In this document: positions 8,243 to 17,345 of the stretch, in pieces
Position numbering within the stretch: position 1 is the stretch's first letter
Layout: the number at the start of each line of letters is the position of its first letter
Source of the DNA: Chthoniobacterales bacterium
GTDB taxonomy: Bacteria; Verrucomicrobiota; Verrucomicrobiia; Chthoniobacterales; JAFAMB01
DNA length: 64,000 nucleotides
Direction: 5' to 3'
Assembly: GCA_036401335.1 (NCBI GenBank)
Contig: DASWVC010000293.1
Location: 419 to 64,418, forward strand
Program-made: the position numbers and the translations under genes
The notes under the pieces: model-generated
Databases searched by the model: none
What the model was told of the DNA's origin: nothing
The model's input: the letters and a program-made list of their open reading frames with translations, nothing else

Positions 8243-9736
8243 CTAGGCCGGCTGGGCTTTAAACAAGGCAATGCCGGTGCGCAGTTCGGTTCCCGTAAAG
8301 TTCAAACGGTCGATCACCATGGTTGATTGTCGAAGCGACTCAGCGGTCTGCTGGGCGGAGTCCGCCAGCTGCACCAGGGCTTCACTGATCTGCTGAGCGC
8401 CGGTCGCCTGCGATTGCATCCCTTCGTTGACGGTCTCGAATTGCGGCGTCAGCGCCTGGACCTGCATGATGATCTCGGCCAGTTGCCGGCTGACCTGCTC
8501 CACTTCGTGCACGCCGCGGCGGACCTCATCTGAGAATTTCTCCATGCCCATGACCCCGCCAGAAACAGCCGACTGCATCTCCTTCACGATTTGTTCGATG
8601 TCGTAGCTCGCAACCGCGGTCTGGTCGGCCAGGCGGCGGATCTCTGTCGCTACCACCACGAACCCACGGCCGTACTCGCCGGCCCTCTCCGCCTCAATGG
8701 CGGCATTCAGGGACAGCAGGTTTGTCTGGTCGGCCACCTTCGTGATGGTGGTCACAACCTGGTTGATGTTGGTTGCCTTTTCGTTTAACGCCGCAAGGTT
8801 CGCACTGATGACGCCGGACGCTTCGGCCACTTGCCGCATGGTAGCTTCCATCCGGGTTAACCCGGTCTGGCCGTTCCCGGCCAGGTCCGACGTCTGCTCC
8901 GCCACTTCCGTTACCTGCCGGATCGTTTTTAGCAATTCTTTGGAGGTGGCCGCAATCTGCCGGGAAGTCGCGCCGATCTCGCTGGTGGCAGAGACCACTT
9001 CTGACGCGGTGCCCTGCTGCTTCTTGGCGGTCACCGCGATCTCGCCGACGGAGTTAGTGACCTGCAGGACGGACCGCTCCAACTGGCTGATCAACCCGTT
9101 GATCGCGCGCACCACCGAGTAACAGATCAACATGGCAAGGGCAACGCTGAGAACGACGCCGACTGTTAACATGAACCGTGCCTGACTGGAGATTGCGTTT
9201 GCCTTATGAATCGCTTGCGCGGATTCGTTCTCCGTGTCCGCGAGCTCACGGTCGACCAGGTCCAGAAATTTCTGGTACGCCGGCTGCAGTTGCTCTTGCA
9301 AGAGGGCGTAGGCTTCTTTGTCCTTTTGTTGTCGGCTCAACTTCAAGACGTCTTCAAGGGTGGCCTCAAAGCTTGCATAAGCGCCCTCCAAGGTCCGCAA
9401 GAACTCGAGACGGTTCGATCGGGTTTGCTTCGCAGCGTAGCCTTGAACGAGGTCCTGCACCCTTTTTCCAGTCTCGGTAATTTGCTTGTCCAGCCTCGAC
9501 AGGTCTTCCGGCCGTTCCAGGCCGATGTGCAGCAGCGCCTGCGACGACTGACTCTGGGCTTCCAACGCGATTTTGCCCATCAGAATGGCCGCCGGGAAAC
9601 TGTCGGTCGCCAGGTAGGTGGTCTGCCTTTGAATCGCCGTCAGCCTTTGGAAAGCGTACAGGCTCATGCAGAGGGTGATCAGGATCGTCGCCCCAAATCC
9701 TGCCGTGATTCGTTTGCCGATCGTCCAGTTCTTCAT
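8243..9736 (-). CDS. methyl-accepting chemotaxis protein (WspA position)
   Basis: Two TM segments ([20 protein letters not shown]; [21 protein letters not shown]). The signalling-domain tip reads [34 protein letters not shown]. The ATG at 9734-9736 is preceded by GGAGGA. The 72-codon N-terminal extension in the track (to 9952) is R/P-rich and rejected. Confidence 0.9.
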   Translation of the reverse strand: MKNWTIGKRITAGFGATILITLCMSLYAFQRLTAIQRQTTYLATDSFPAAILMGKIALEAQSQSSQALLHIGLERPEDLSRLDKQITETGKRVQDLVQGYAAKQTRSNRLEFLRTLEGAYASFEATLEDVLKLSRQQKDKEAYALLQEQLQPAYQKFLDLVDRELADTENESAQAIHKANAISSQARFMLTVGVVLSVALAMLICYSVVRAINGLISQLERSVLQVTNSVGEIAVTAKKQQGTASEVVSATSEIGATSRQIAATSKELLKTIRQVTEVAEQTSDLAGNGQTGLTRMEATMRQVAEASGVISANLAALNEKATNINQVVTTITKVADQTNLLSLNAAIEAERAGEYGRGFVVVATEIRRLADQTAVASYDIEQIVKEMQSAVSGGVMGMEKFSDEVRRGVHEVEQVSRQLAEIIMQVQALTPQFETVNEGMQSQATGAQQISEALVQLADSAQQTAESLRQSTMVIDRLNFTGTELRTGIALFKAQPA

Positions 9737-10222
9737 GCTTCCTCCAGGCGTTATCGGCCGTACCGGGGTGCCATTTAGCGGGATCGACACTTGGAGTGGG
9801 GCCCGGCCGGCATCGACGGTTTGCGACGGAAGAATGGACGGGGCGCGGACTTTTCGTGGCCTTGGCCGCGGGAATGAAGTAATGAGGCGGTTGAAATGGC
9901 GGACTCGGAGTACAAAAGCCAGCTCCCCCCGGAGCGGGTGGCATTTTCCCAACGGCCGGTTACCGGCCTGGCGGGCGACCGTCGACCCGCGTTAACCGGC
10001 GGGGTTATTGCCCGTCCGATAACACCGGCACTGCTGAAAAACGCCTTCAGCTGGCTCCTTTGCGCTGCCCTCGCCGGTTGGGCCTTGGCGAAAGCACTGC
10101 CCGGAAAACGAAAGCGGAGGGCACTCCCCGGACACCGGCCTCCCCCCGGCCGAGTTGAGAAAAGTCCGGCGGCGCACCCGCCTGACAAAGGCTTGGGTCT
10201 GCCCAACTTTCTGGCGTTGACC

Positions 10223-11356
10223 ATGGAACTTGCACTGGCTGTGGGGTGGAATGTGGTGCGGCAGAAGACGGGGACGTGGCCCGTCCGCCGGTCCGCGAAA
10301 AGCAGGCCGGCGGTCACCCACGCCGCAGCATCCCCCGCCGTGCCGGTTCAGCCGGCTGCCGGTGAAAGGAGGCCTGCGGAAGCGGCGGATTCCCGCGGTC
10401 GCAAAGCGAGCAACGATAAGGCCGAAAAAGCCCGGGCAGGCAGGTCTCGCCTGGCCAAGGTTTTCGACCTCTGCAAACGAACGGCGGCGGAGTGGTCCCA
10501 GGACAAATGCCCGCAACTCGGCGCCGCCTTAGCCTACTACACCGTTTTTTCGCTGGCGCCGCTGGTGCTGGTGTTGCTGGCCGTGTTCGGCCTGGTCTTC
10601 GGCGGCAGCGAGCACGCTCGGGAAAAGCTGACCGAGCAACTGCGCTACCTGATCGATCCCAGCGGGGTCAAGGTCATCCAGGATATTGCGGCGAACGCCT
10701 CAGAGCCCAAGGGCGGCATCCTCGCAACCATCATCGGTTTGGTGGTCGGGCTTTTTGGCGCGAGCGGCGTCTTTGGCCAATTGCAGGACGCGCTTAACAC
10801 GATCTGGGGTGTTAAACCAAAGCCCGGTCGGGGAATAGCAGGGTTTGTGCGCACGAGGTTCCTGTCATTTTCGATGGTTGGCGGGGTGTGTTTCCTGCTC
10901 CTGGCCTCCCTCACCGTGGAGAGCGTGCTCCGGGGTTTTAACGCCTACCTCAAGAATCTGCTGCCCGGCGGAGACATTGTTGCGCTGATTCTCTTTTTCG
11001 CCTTCGACATCGGCGTCGTGCTGTTGCTCTTCGCCATGATCTTCCGGTACCTGCCAGATGCCAAGATTGCGTGGCGCGACGTCTGGATCGGTGCGGCGCT
11101 GACCGCGGTTCTCTTTGCCATCGGCAAATTTGTGTTGGCGCTCTACCTGGGCAGCGGCGCCGCCGGCTCGGCTTACGGCGCAGCCAGTTCCCTGATCACG
11201 CTGCTGCTGTGGATTTTCTACGCTGCCCAGATCTTGCTTTTTGGCGCTGAGTTTACGCAGGTGTACGCGAACACGTACGGCTCACAGGTCGAGCCCCAGG
11301 ACCATGCGGTCAGGGTGGAACGGACAGAAGTTGAAGTACCCGCGCCACAGCCCTGA
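10223..11356 (+). CDS. YihY/BrkB (ribonuclease BN-like) family inner-membrane protein
   Basis: Family hallmark PQLGAALAYYTVFSLAPLVLVLL, followed by about 6 TM segments. The start is uncertain. The first ATG that gives a plausible N-terminus is 10223; the track ORF begins at 9896. Confidence 0.8.
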   Translation: MELALAVGWNVVRQKTGTWPVRRSAKSRPAVTHAAASPAVPVQPAAGERRPAEAADSRGRKASNDKAEKARAGRSRLAKVFDLCKRTAAEWSQDKCPQLGAALAYYTVFSLAPLVLVLLAVFGLVFGGSEHAREKLTEQLRYLIDPSGVKVIQDIAANASEPKGGILATIIGLVVGLFGASGVFGQLQDALNTIWGVKPKPGRGIAGFVRTRFLSFSMVGGVCFLLLASLTVESVLRGFNAYLKNLLPGGDIVALILFFAFDIGVVLLLFAMIFRYLPDAKIAWRDVWIGAALTAVLFAIGKFVLALYLGSGAAGSAYGAASSLITLLLWIFYAAQILLFGAEFTQVYANTYGSQVEPQDHAVRVERTEVEVPAPQP

Positions 11357-11573
11357 AGACGTGTTCCGGGAATGCCGGTAAGGGGTGAAGATCCGAATGC
11401 CGCAAATTTCGCTTGTGTATTACTCCAGGTGAGCGAGCCTAAGGGGCTACGTTTGATCTAGTTCGAAGTGCGGTGGATCGTCAAGTGAGGTTATCTCTCG
11501 GTGGTGATTTGAAACCCGGTTCCCGGGAACGGCTCTGTAGCTGGCATTCGTCAGTAAATCATCAGCTAAAAGC

Positions 11574-11882
11574 ATGAAACTTTACGTAGGAAATCTATCC
11601 TTCAACACAACTGCAGACGACCTTCAGAAAGCTTTTGAGGCTTTCGGAAGCGTGACTGAAGTCGCCTTAATCAGCGACCGCGAAACTGGTCAGTCGCGCG
11701 GCTTTGCCTTCGTCACCATGGGAAGCCGAGCCGAAGCCAAGGCGGCGATTGAAGGCATGCAGGGTCGTGAACTCGACGGGCGCACGCTGACGGTTAATGA
11801 AGCGCGCCCGAAAGAAGATCGTTCCGGCGGCGGCGGCGGCAATCGTTCCGGCGGTCGTCCTTATTCCCCGTCACGCCGCTAA
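11574..11882 (+). CDS. RRM-type RNA-binding protein with Gly/Arg-rich tail
   Basis: RNP-2 KLYVGNL, RNP-1 RGFAFVTM, C-terminal SGGGGGNRSGGR. A long upstream non-coding region lies at 11357-11573. Confidence 0.9.
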   Translation: MKLYVGNLSFNTTADDLQKAFEAFGSVTEVALISDRETGQSRGFAFVTMGSRAEAKAAIEGMQGRELDGRTLTVNEARPKEDRSGGGGGNRSGGRPYSPSRR

Positions 11883-12048
11883 GCGAACGGGGTGAGCTTC
11901 GGTGTGTACGGCCTCTGCGAAAGGCCGTTCGCGTCTGGTGAAACCCGGCAGGGGCAACTGGATGTTTATTCTCAGGTAACCTGCACGTTGGCGCTATAAA
12001 ACCAGCTCTTTTCAGGCGTCGAGCGGTCAAACCATGACTGGTCGAATG

Positions 12049-12079
12049 GAACGGTTGCCCCACTCAGGGGTAACCGTTC
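12049..12079. other. strong intergenic stem-loop (13-bp stem, 5-nt loop)
   Basis: GAACGGTTGCCCC actca GGGGTAACCGTTC, with one G-T wobble. There is no T-run, so it is not called a terminator. It lies 30 nt upstream of the 12109 start. Confidence 0.3.
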
Positions 12080-12108
12080 GCTGCGATTTGGTGAAGGACC
12101 CCCCTTGA

Positions 12109-12624
12109 ATGGCGTTCTCTGCAAACGTTTCCATGAAAGCAACGCTTACCACCCTCACGGCACTGCTCATCTGTACGAGCGTTTTTGCCGATGATTCCCC
12201 GAGTGTGGGCGACCGCCTCCGTGAAGCTGCTCGACAGGCAAGCGATGCCTTCCAGAAAGCCAAGGGAGCAGTTACCCAGGGAGCACAGGAGGCGTGGGAA
12301 AAAACCCAGGCCTATCTGTCCGACGACCCGGCAACGTACCGGGAAGGCGCAACGGGCACATTACAGGAGTGGGGCGCGGAAATCGGCCAGCTGCAGCAGC
12401 AGGCAGCCGCGGTTGCCCCGACCCGGGTGTATTTGCAAACTTTGCTTACAGCCCTTGCCCAACAACGTGAGTTCGCCGTCCAGCAACTTGCGGCCCTTAC
12501 TCCAGACCAGGTCCATGAAGGCCGTGACGGCGCCCGCCGCGCCCTGGACGGGACCATGCACCACCTGGAGGAACACCTCGACTTGGCCCGGGGCGAATTG
12601 CGGGACCTGATCGGTTCCAAATAA
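12109..12624 (+). CDS. hypothetical secreted alpha-helical protein
   Basis: Signal-peptide-like N-terminus MKATLTTLTALLICTSVFADD. The remainder is Q/A/E-rich and predicted helical. AAGGA lies about 10 nt upstream of 12109. No recognisable family. Confidence 0.55.
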   Translation: MAFSANVSMKATLTTLTALLICTSVFADDSPSVGDRLREAARQASDAFQKAKGAVTQGAQEAWEKTQAYLSDDPATYREGATGTLQEWGAEIGQLQQQAAAVAPTRVYLQTLLTALAQQREFAVQQLAALTPDQVHEGRDGARRALDGTMHHLEEHLDLARGELRDLIGSK

Positions 12625-12743
12625 AACAGGGGCATTGCCGGTCGCTAACACCTGCTCCCGTACTTAGGAGCGCGGGTGTCAGCCCGCGGGCCCGCATGGC
12701 TCGGAGGCAACCCCGGGGCGGTTGGTGGTATTGGAACGGTGAC

Positions 12744-13580
12744 TTAGGCACCTGCTCGCTCACGCCGATGGCCTGCTAGTTCGACGAGGCCAATTCTTCC
12801 ATCCAACGTGATGCTTGCGTGGGCTCGGGGATCGCGTGCCAAGCTTTGCCAACAGGTGGCCATGTCAGGCGAAAAGTTCACGTCGTCGACCAAAATGAGG
12901 CCGCCGGCCTGCATCCTCGGCGCGAGCAGATCGAATTGTTGCCGCACAAAGTCGCCCGTATGGATGGCGTCTACGAACGCGATGTCGATCCGACGGAAGG
13001 GGCCCAGTTTCGCGTCGATGTGTTCCTCGAACGTCCCCACCGTAAGTTCGAACTGGTTGCTGATCTGCGCCAGGTTGTGACGAGCGATTTCCGCCCAGAC
13101 CGGGTTCGGTTCAAACGTGAGTAACCGCCCGCTCTGGTTTTGTTTGAGCCCGGCGAGCCAATACATCCCGGAGACGCCAAAAGCCGTACCGAATTCCACG
13201 ATCAGGTTCGCGGACCGCCTGCTAGCGAGCCAGGCGAAGAAGATGCCGGCTCGTGCCGTTGAACGAACCTGATCCGAGCTTCTCTGGCTGTCAGAAGTCG
13301 CGCGTGGATAATTGACGACGGTTTTATAACCATCCCACAACGGTTTCGCGCCCAGTGCTTCGGTTTTTGCTGCTTGTTTTTCGATTTGCCGCCATTCAGG
13401 GCATAACGGAGGTGCAAAAGCCGGTTCCCGGATGTTCTCTGTCATCCAGCCGGGACGCTTCACAACGAAATCAACCCGCATTGCGTCGCTGCGCTGCTTT
13501 GACGGCAAGAGCATCCGCTTAAGAAGCGTAAGTCGGTTCATGGTTGAGCCGGTTCTAGTTTCCACCTGAACATCAGCCAT
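12744..13580 (-). CDS. class I SAM-dependent (O-)methyltransferase
   Basis: Motifs LIVEFGTAFGVSGMYW, LLTFEPNPVWAEIARHN, IDIAFVDAIH and GGLILVDDV. The start is ambiguous (ATG at 13580 or 13541; the track ORF extends to 13718). Confidence 0.8.
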   Translation of the reverse strand: MADVQVETRTGSTMNRLTLLKRMLLPSKQRSDAMRVDFVVKRPGWMTENIREPAFAPPLCPEWRQIEKQAAKTEALGAKPLWDGYKTVVNYPRATSDSQRSSDQVRSTARAGIFFAWLASRRSANLIVEFGTAFGVSGMYWLAGLKQNQSGRLLTFEPNPVWAEIARHNLAQISNQFELTVGTFEEHIDAKLGPFRRIDIAFVDAIHTGDFVRQQFDLLAPRMQAGGLILVDDVNFSPDMATCWQSLARDPRAHASITLDGRIGLVELAGHRRERAGA

Positions 13581-13851
13581 GATGACCGGCAGACTCAACC
13601 TTTTAGTTGATGTACCTCCGGGGGCTATCGCATTTCGTTCCAGGATCTGCCTCCGCCGCGTCCGGAAGCCGGCGGCGCCCCAGGATGCCACGAACGCAGC
13701 GATGAAGGAGTGCCGCAAACCGCAGCCTCAGAGAAGAACGGTTAACCGTGGCGCTTGGACCCGTCGTGGCATTTTTCGGTTCTTTGATGTGTGGCACTTA
13801 CCCACCGCCCCTTCACCCCGGTCACCGAGGGACCGCCGGCCCACCCCGGGT

Positions 13852-15135
13852 TCAGGCAGGGGAGGCAGTGGACGACGGAAGGTTCCTCAACGTCCAGAGG
13901 GGCGACAGGCAGGCCAGCAGGCAGCTGAAAACCCAGCAGCACGCCAGCAGGACCAGGGTGTGACGTATGCCCATGCACCCACCCAACCAGCCCCCAAGGA
14001 CGGCGCCGAAGGGCATCACGCCGGTAACCGCAAAACGAAACGCACCGTTCATCCGGCCAAGGACCTGACGTGGCGTGAGCAGTTGCCGAATCGTCCATGC
14101 ATAAACCGTGATGGCCGATCCGCCCATGCTAAGGAAAAAATAGGCGGCGGTTAACCACACGACCTTGAGGCCGGATCCACCGGGTATCGCCGGGAAACAG
14201 AGGGCCGCAAGCGCGGCGAGCAGGCACGCAAAGATCACCACCCGCCCTGGGCCGACCTTGGCCCCGAACCGCTCTGCTCCCAAAGCGCCACTGATGGCGC
14301 CCAATCCGCCCAGGCTCACGATCACTCCGAAAAGCCCGGGCCGCACTCCCAGTTCGCGCGTGACGAACAGCACGAGGACCGCCATCAACGCGTTCATAAA
14401 CAGGTTATTCAAGCTCAGCAACCAAAGGAGCGCCCGGATGTGGGGCTGGGTTGCCACCATCCGGAATCCATCGACGATTTCCCGAGCCATGAGATGGGGC
14501 GGTTTGAAGCGTCTTGTCTCCTGCCGATCGATTTGAAAGATGCTCAGTGCGCAGATCAGGTAGGAAAATGCGTCAATCAGCACGGCCACCGGAGCCCCGA
14601 GCCATTCCACCAAAAGGCCCGCGAAACCAGGCCCTGCCGACTGGCCCAGTGAATAGGACAACATGATCCGGCTGTTGGCCGTCACCAGTTGGTCCCGTTC
14701 GACAAGTTCCGGCACGTACGTCTGGTAAGCCATTTCAAACACCGTTTTCAACGAACCCATCACGAACATGAGGAGGTACAAAACCTCTAGACGCAGCAAA
14801 CCCGCCAACACTGCGATTGGCACGAGCACGATCGCAAAGCCCTGCACAAGGTTGGTGCACACCATAAGCAACCGGCGGATGCCAAAATCCGCCCAGAACC
14901 CGGCGGGCAGGGTAAAGATCAGGAAGGGAGCGAATTCAGCGGCTCGAAGCAAGCCCATCTGCAACGGGGTGGCGTGCAGCGTGATGGCAGCAAGCAACGG
15001 GACGGCAAACGCGGTGACCTGCGAACCCAGTGTAGAGACGCTTTGTCCAAGCCAGAAAAAACCGAAAGCTCGGTTCAGGTAAAACGACTGGCGCGGTGGG
15101 GGGAGTGGCGCGACGGGAGTTGCCACCTCCCTCAC
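13852..15135 (-). CDS. MFS transporter (EntS/MFS_3-like)
   Basis: 427 aa with about 12 hydrophobic segments. N-terminal FFWLGQSVSTLGSQVTAFAVPLLA is typical of this MFS subgroup. GTG start. Confidence 0.85.
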   Translation of the reverse strand: MREVATPVAPLPPPRQSFYLNRAFGFFWLGQSVSTLGSQVTAFAVPLLAAITLHATPLQMGLLRAAEFAPFLIFTLPAGFWADFGIRRLLMVCTNLVQGFAIVLVPIAVLAGLLRLEVLYLLMFVMGSLKTVFEMAYQTYVPELVERDQLVTANSRIMLSYSLGQSAGPGFAGLLVEWLGAPVAVLIDAFSYLICALSIFQIDRQETRRFKPPHLMAREIVDGFRMVATQPHIRALLWLLSLNNLFMNALMAVLVLFVTRELGVRPGLFGVIVSLGGLGAISGALGAERFGAKVGPGRVVIFACLLAALAALCFPAIPGGSGLKVVWLTAAYFFLSMGGSAITVYAWTIRQLLTPRQVLGRMNGAFRFAVTGVMPFGAVLGGWLGGCMGIRHTLVLLACCWVFSCLLACLSPLWTLRNLPSSTASPA

Positions 15136-15765
15136 CGCTTGCCCACTCCCTTCTTTAGCCTGGGCGGCTTGCAGAACTGCCCACAGACCGACCTGGCTGA
15201 CTGAGGCGCGTTAGATTCAGGTTCTTCGACGAACATTTGCCTGGGCTACCAATCGGACATGAACCGCGCCCCGTCCACATAAAACGTTTTAGATATGCAA
15301 CCAAGGTCTTGGGCTGAAAAGAGCCACCGCGTAGGGCGGCGAGTCCCTTCGCCGCCGGCAACCATCAAATATTTTGCTAATTCGTCAGGGGATTGAGGGC
15401 CGCGGTAGAGGTCAGAGGCGAGCTTGATCGTCAGGAGTACTGCCATGGATTTGGGAACGAGCGCCTTTCAGATCGCGTCAATCGCTCAAAGTGAAGGCGC
15501 CTGGACGGCTTTTGTTCGGTCCGGGCAGGTTTTCCTTGTGGAAGAATCGGTCTTGCACCGAGCCCAACGTGACCTCGAACGAAGGCTAACGGTGGAAAAA
15601 GGTCCGAAGGGATCCCGCCAACGGCGGATTAGGGGCGCCGCAAGGATTCGTGGCTACCTCATCGGCCACAAGCAGCCCTACTAGGTGATCTGCGCTGTGG
15701 CGGGGGTGACTCGCTGGGGTGCATGACCTGTTTGCTCCCGCCTAAAGCCCGTTCCGAAATGGACG

Positions 15766-16137
15766 ATGCTCCCCTTAGCCATTATGGACACCGAGGAGTT
15801 CGTTCTTATCGCTTTGACCCGATCCGACAAGGGACGTTTGAAGCAGCGGGCGTTTCTGGAAGGTGAAGATTGGATGGTGCAATGGAATTTTCTTTCCCGA
15901 CTGGTCTACACTGCCATGCGCATGGAGCGGGGGGAGCCAGTCGCGCAAAACTCGGCCCGGTTTGTGCGATTTTTGGAAAATGGGTGTGCGGCGCACCACC
16001 TCAGTTACCGTGAGTCGGCGGTGCTTTCGTTCCACCACTGGCTGGGGCTGGACCTGAGCCTGCACGAAGTCCGCACGCGGATCTCCGAGTTTCCTATCAC
16101 TCTGGTGAGCGACAACGGCCGGCAGTACGAATTCTGA
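15766..16137 (+). CDS. hypothetical protein
   Basis: 123 aa with ordinary amino-acid composition and high third-position GC, unlike the antisense 373-aa R/G/P-rich ORF. No recognisable motif. Confidence 0.4.
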   Translation: MLPLAIMDTEEFVLIALTRSDKGRLKQRAFLEGEDWMVQWNFLSRLVYTAMRMERGEPVAQNSARFVRFLENGCAAHHLSYRESAVLSFHHWLGLDLSLHEVRTRISEFPITLVSDNGRQYEF

Positions 16138-16203
16138 CTGCTTGCCCTGCGGCCAGGACTGCGAACCGGCACCGACACTTTCGTCGTTCCCAGAGCTTGA
16201 GCA

Positions 16204-17232
16204 TTGCCTGCTGCTGGGCGAAAACTCTGGCCAGGAGTGAGTCGGCAGGCCGTTTCCACATTGTCCGTTGTGATGCTCGCCCTCGTGGCCGGGGCGCTTG
16301 CCCTTGCCGAAAGCGGCCTGTGGACGTGGGCCTACGAAGCCGTTCACCCACCCTCTTTCCACTGGCCGGACCGCCGTCCGATCGGCTCGCTCTTCCTCGC
16401 TCGCGCCTCCCCGGGATGGACCGGCAACCCGCGCGGCTGGTTTGGCGCCGGGGACCTGGACATCGCATCCGGACCGGGTCGCGGGCAGTTCCGCCAGCGG
16501 CTGCAGGGGCTGGCGGAGGCTTGCATCGGAAACCTTCGCGCAGCGAACGCTCAAGGGATCATCATATGGGATCTGGAAGGTGAGCAATACCCCCACCCCT
16601 CTGGTTCGTTCGTGGGCGACCCGACAAACCTGAAGCGAATCGCCCCGGAGATGGACGAGGTGGCGGACGATTTTCTCAGACGGTTCCGTGATGCCGGATT
16701 CCGCGTGGGGTTGTGCATCCGTCCCCAGTCCCTCTCGTTCCGATCCGACGGTTCCTTTCGCCAACATGAACCGGTTCTCGATGCTACCGCCCTTTACCGA
16801 GAACTGGACCGCAAAATAAGGTATGCGGAGAACCGCTGGGCGTGCACGCTGTTTTACGTTGACTCCAATTTTGGATTTCAGAACCTGGGCCTCCACTGGG
16901 TCGGCATCTTTCGGCGTTTACACGCAGCGCATCCCGGTGCGCTGCTCATCCCCGAACACGGCTCGTGCGCGTACCTCGGGGTGAGCGCCCCCTACACCTC
17001 GCTGCAGGCAGGACGTTCCTGGGTCGGCCGCTTTTTTTCGGCCGATGGTTGCGGGGCCTCACGCTTCCATGGATTCCGGGTCATCAACGTTGCAGACACG
17101 CCTGCCGCGGCTTTGCCCGCCTTGGCCCGGCAGGTTGCGGGAGGCGACGTTCTGCTTTTTCGGGCGTGGGTTGGAGGGCAGGATCTTGCCCTGGTGCAAG
17201 CCGCCTATGGGCGGGCTGGAGGGTGGCCGTAA
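16204..17232 (+). CDS. uncharacterised family X protein, short form (membrane anchor + conserved C-terminal domain only)
   Basis: N-terminal anchor LSVVMLALVAGALALA. The conserved blocks DRRPIGS, NPRGW, IIIWDLEGEQYP, APEMDEVADDF, GFRVGLCIRP, RWACTLFYVDSN, HPGALLIPEH and GDVLLFRAW are shared with 20240..21940 and 28193..30052. Confidence 0.8.
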   Translation: MPAAGRKLWPGVSRQAVSTLSVVMLALVAGALALAESGLWTWAYEAVHPPSFHWPDRRPIGSLFLARASPGWTGNPRGWFGAGDLDIASGPGRGQFRQRLQGLAEACIGNLRAANAQGIIIWDLEGEQYPHPSGSFVGDPTNLKRIAPEMDEVADDFLRRFRDAGFRVGLCIRPQSLSFRSDGSFRQHEPVLDATALYRELDRKIRYAENRWACTLFYVDSNFGFQNLGLHWVGIFRRLHAAHPGALLIPEHGSCAYLGVSAPYTSLQAGRSWVGRFFSADGCGASRFHGFRVINVADTPAAALPALARQVAGGDVLLFRAWVGGQDLALVQAAYGRAGGWP

Positions 17233-17345
17233 ACCGTCAGGAGTCGACGCGGGGTCCATTGCGCGTCCTTTCCAGGTACGCTACCATGGCCGCGGCTGCC
17301 TGGCGGCGCGGGTTTTTCAGCAACCCACGCCAACACGCAACCTTT

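Noticed and set aside
9737-9952. N-terminal extension of the MCP ORF; analogous extensions at 16965-17345, 27998-28192, 37113-37190, 38602-38790, 47375-47542, 53439-53525 and 56569-56889
   Set aside because: The extensions are R/P-rich, precede signal peptides or conserved N-termini, and often begin at non-ATG codons. Internal ATGs with Shine-Dalgarno-like sequences or stop/start coupling fit better.
11440-11500. GTTCGAA-containing stretch checked as a possible tRNA T-arm
   Set aside because: There is no flanking complementary stem, no acceptor stem and no anticodon arm. It is not a tRNA.
15246-15684. Two small divergent ORFs (66 aa minus, 79-86 aa plus) overlapping at their 5' ends
   Set aside because: They have no motifs. 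Mutually overlapping start regions make it unlikely that both are real. Codon bias is only moderate. They are left unannotated. A toxin-antitoxin idea was considered, but nothing supports it.
15775-16896. 373-aa minus-strand ORF
   Set aside because: It is antisense to the hypothetical gene 15766-16137 and to the family X gene 16204-17232. Its composition is R/G/P/A-rich with no motifs. This is a typical shadow ORF of GC-rich DNA.
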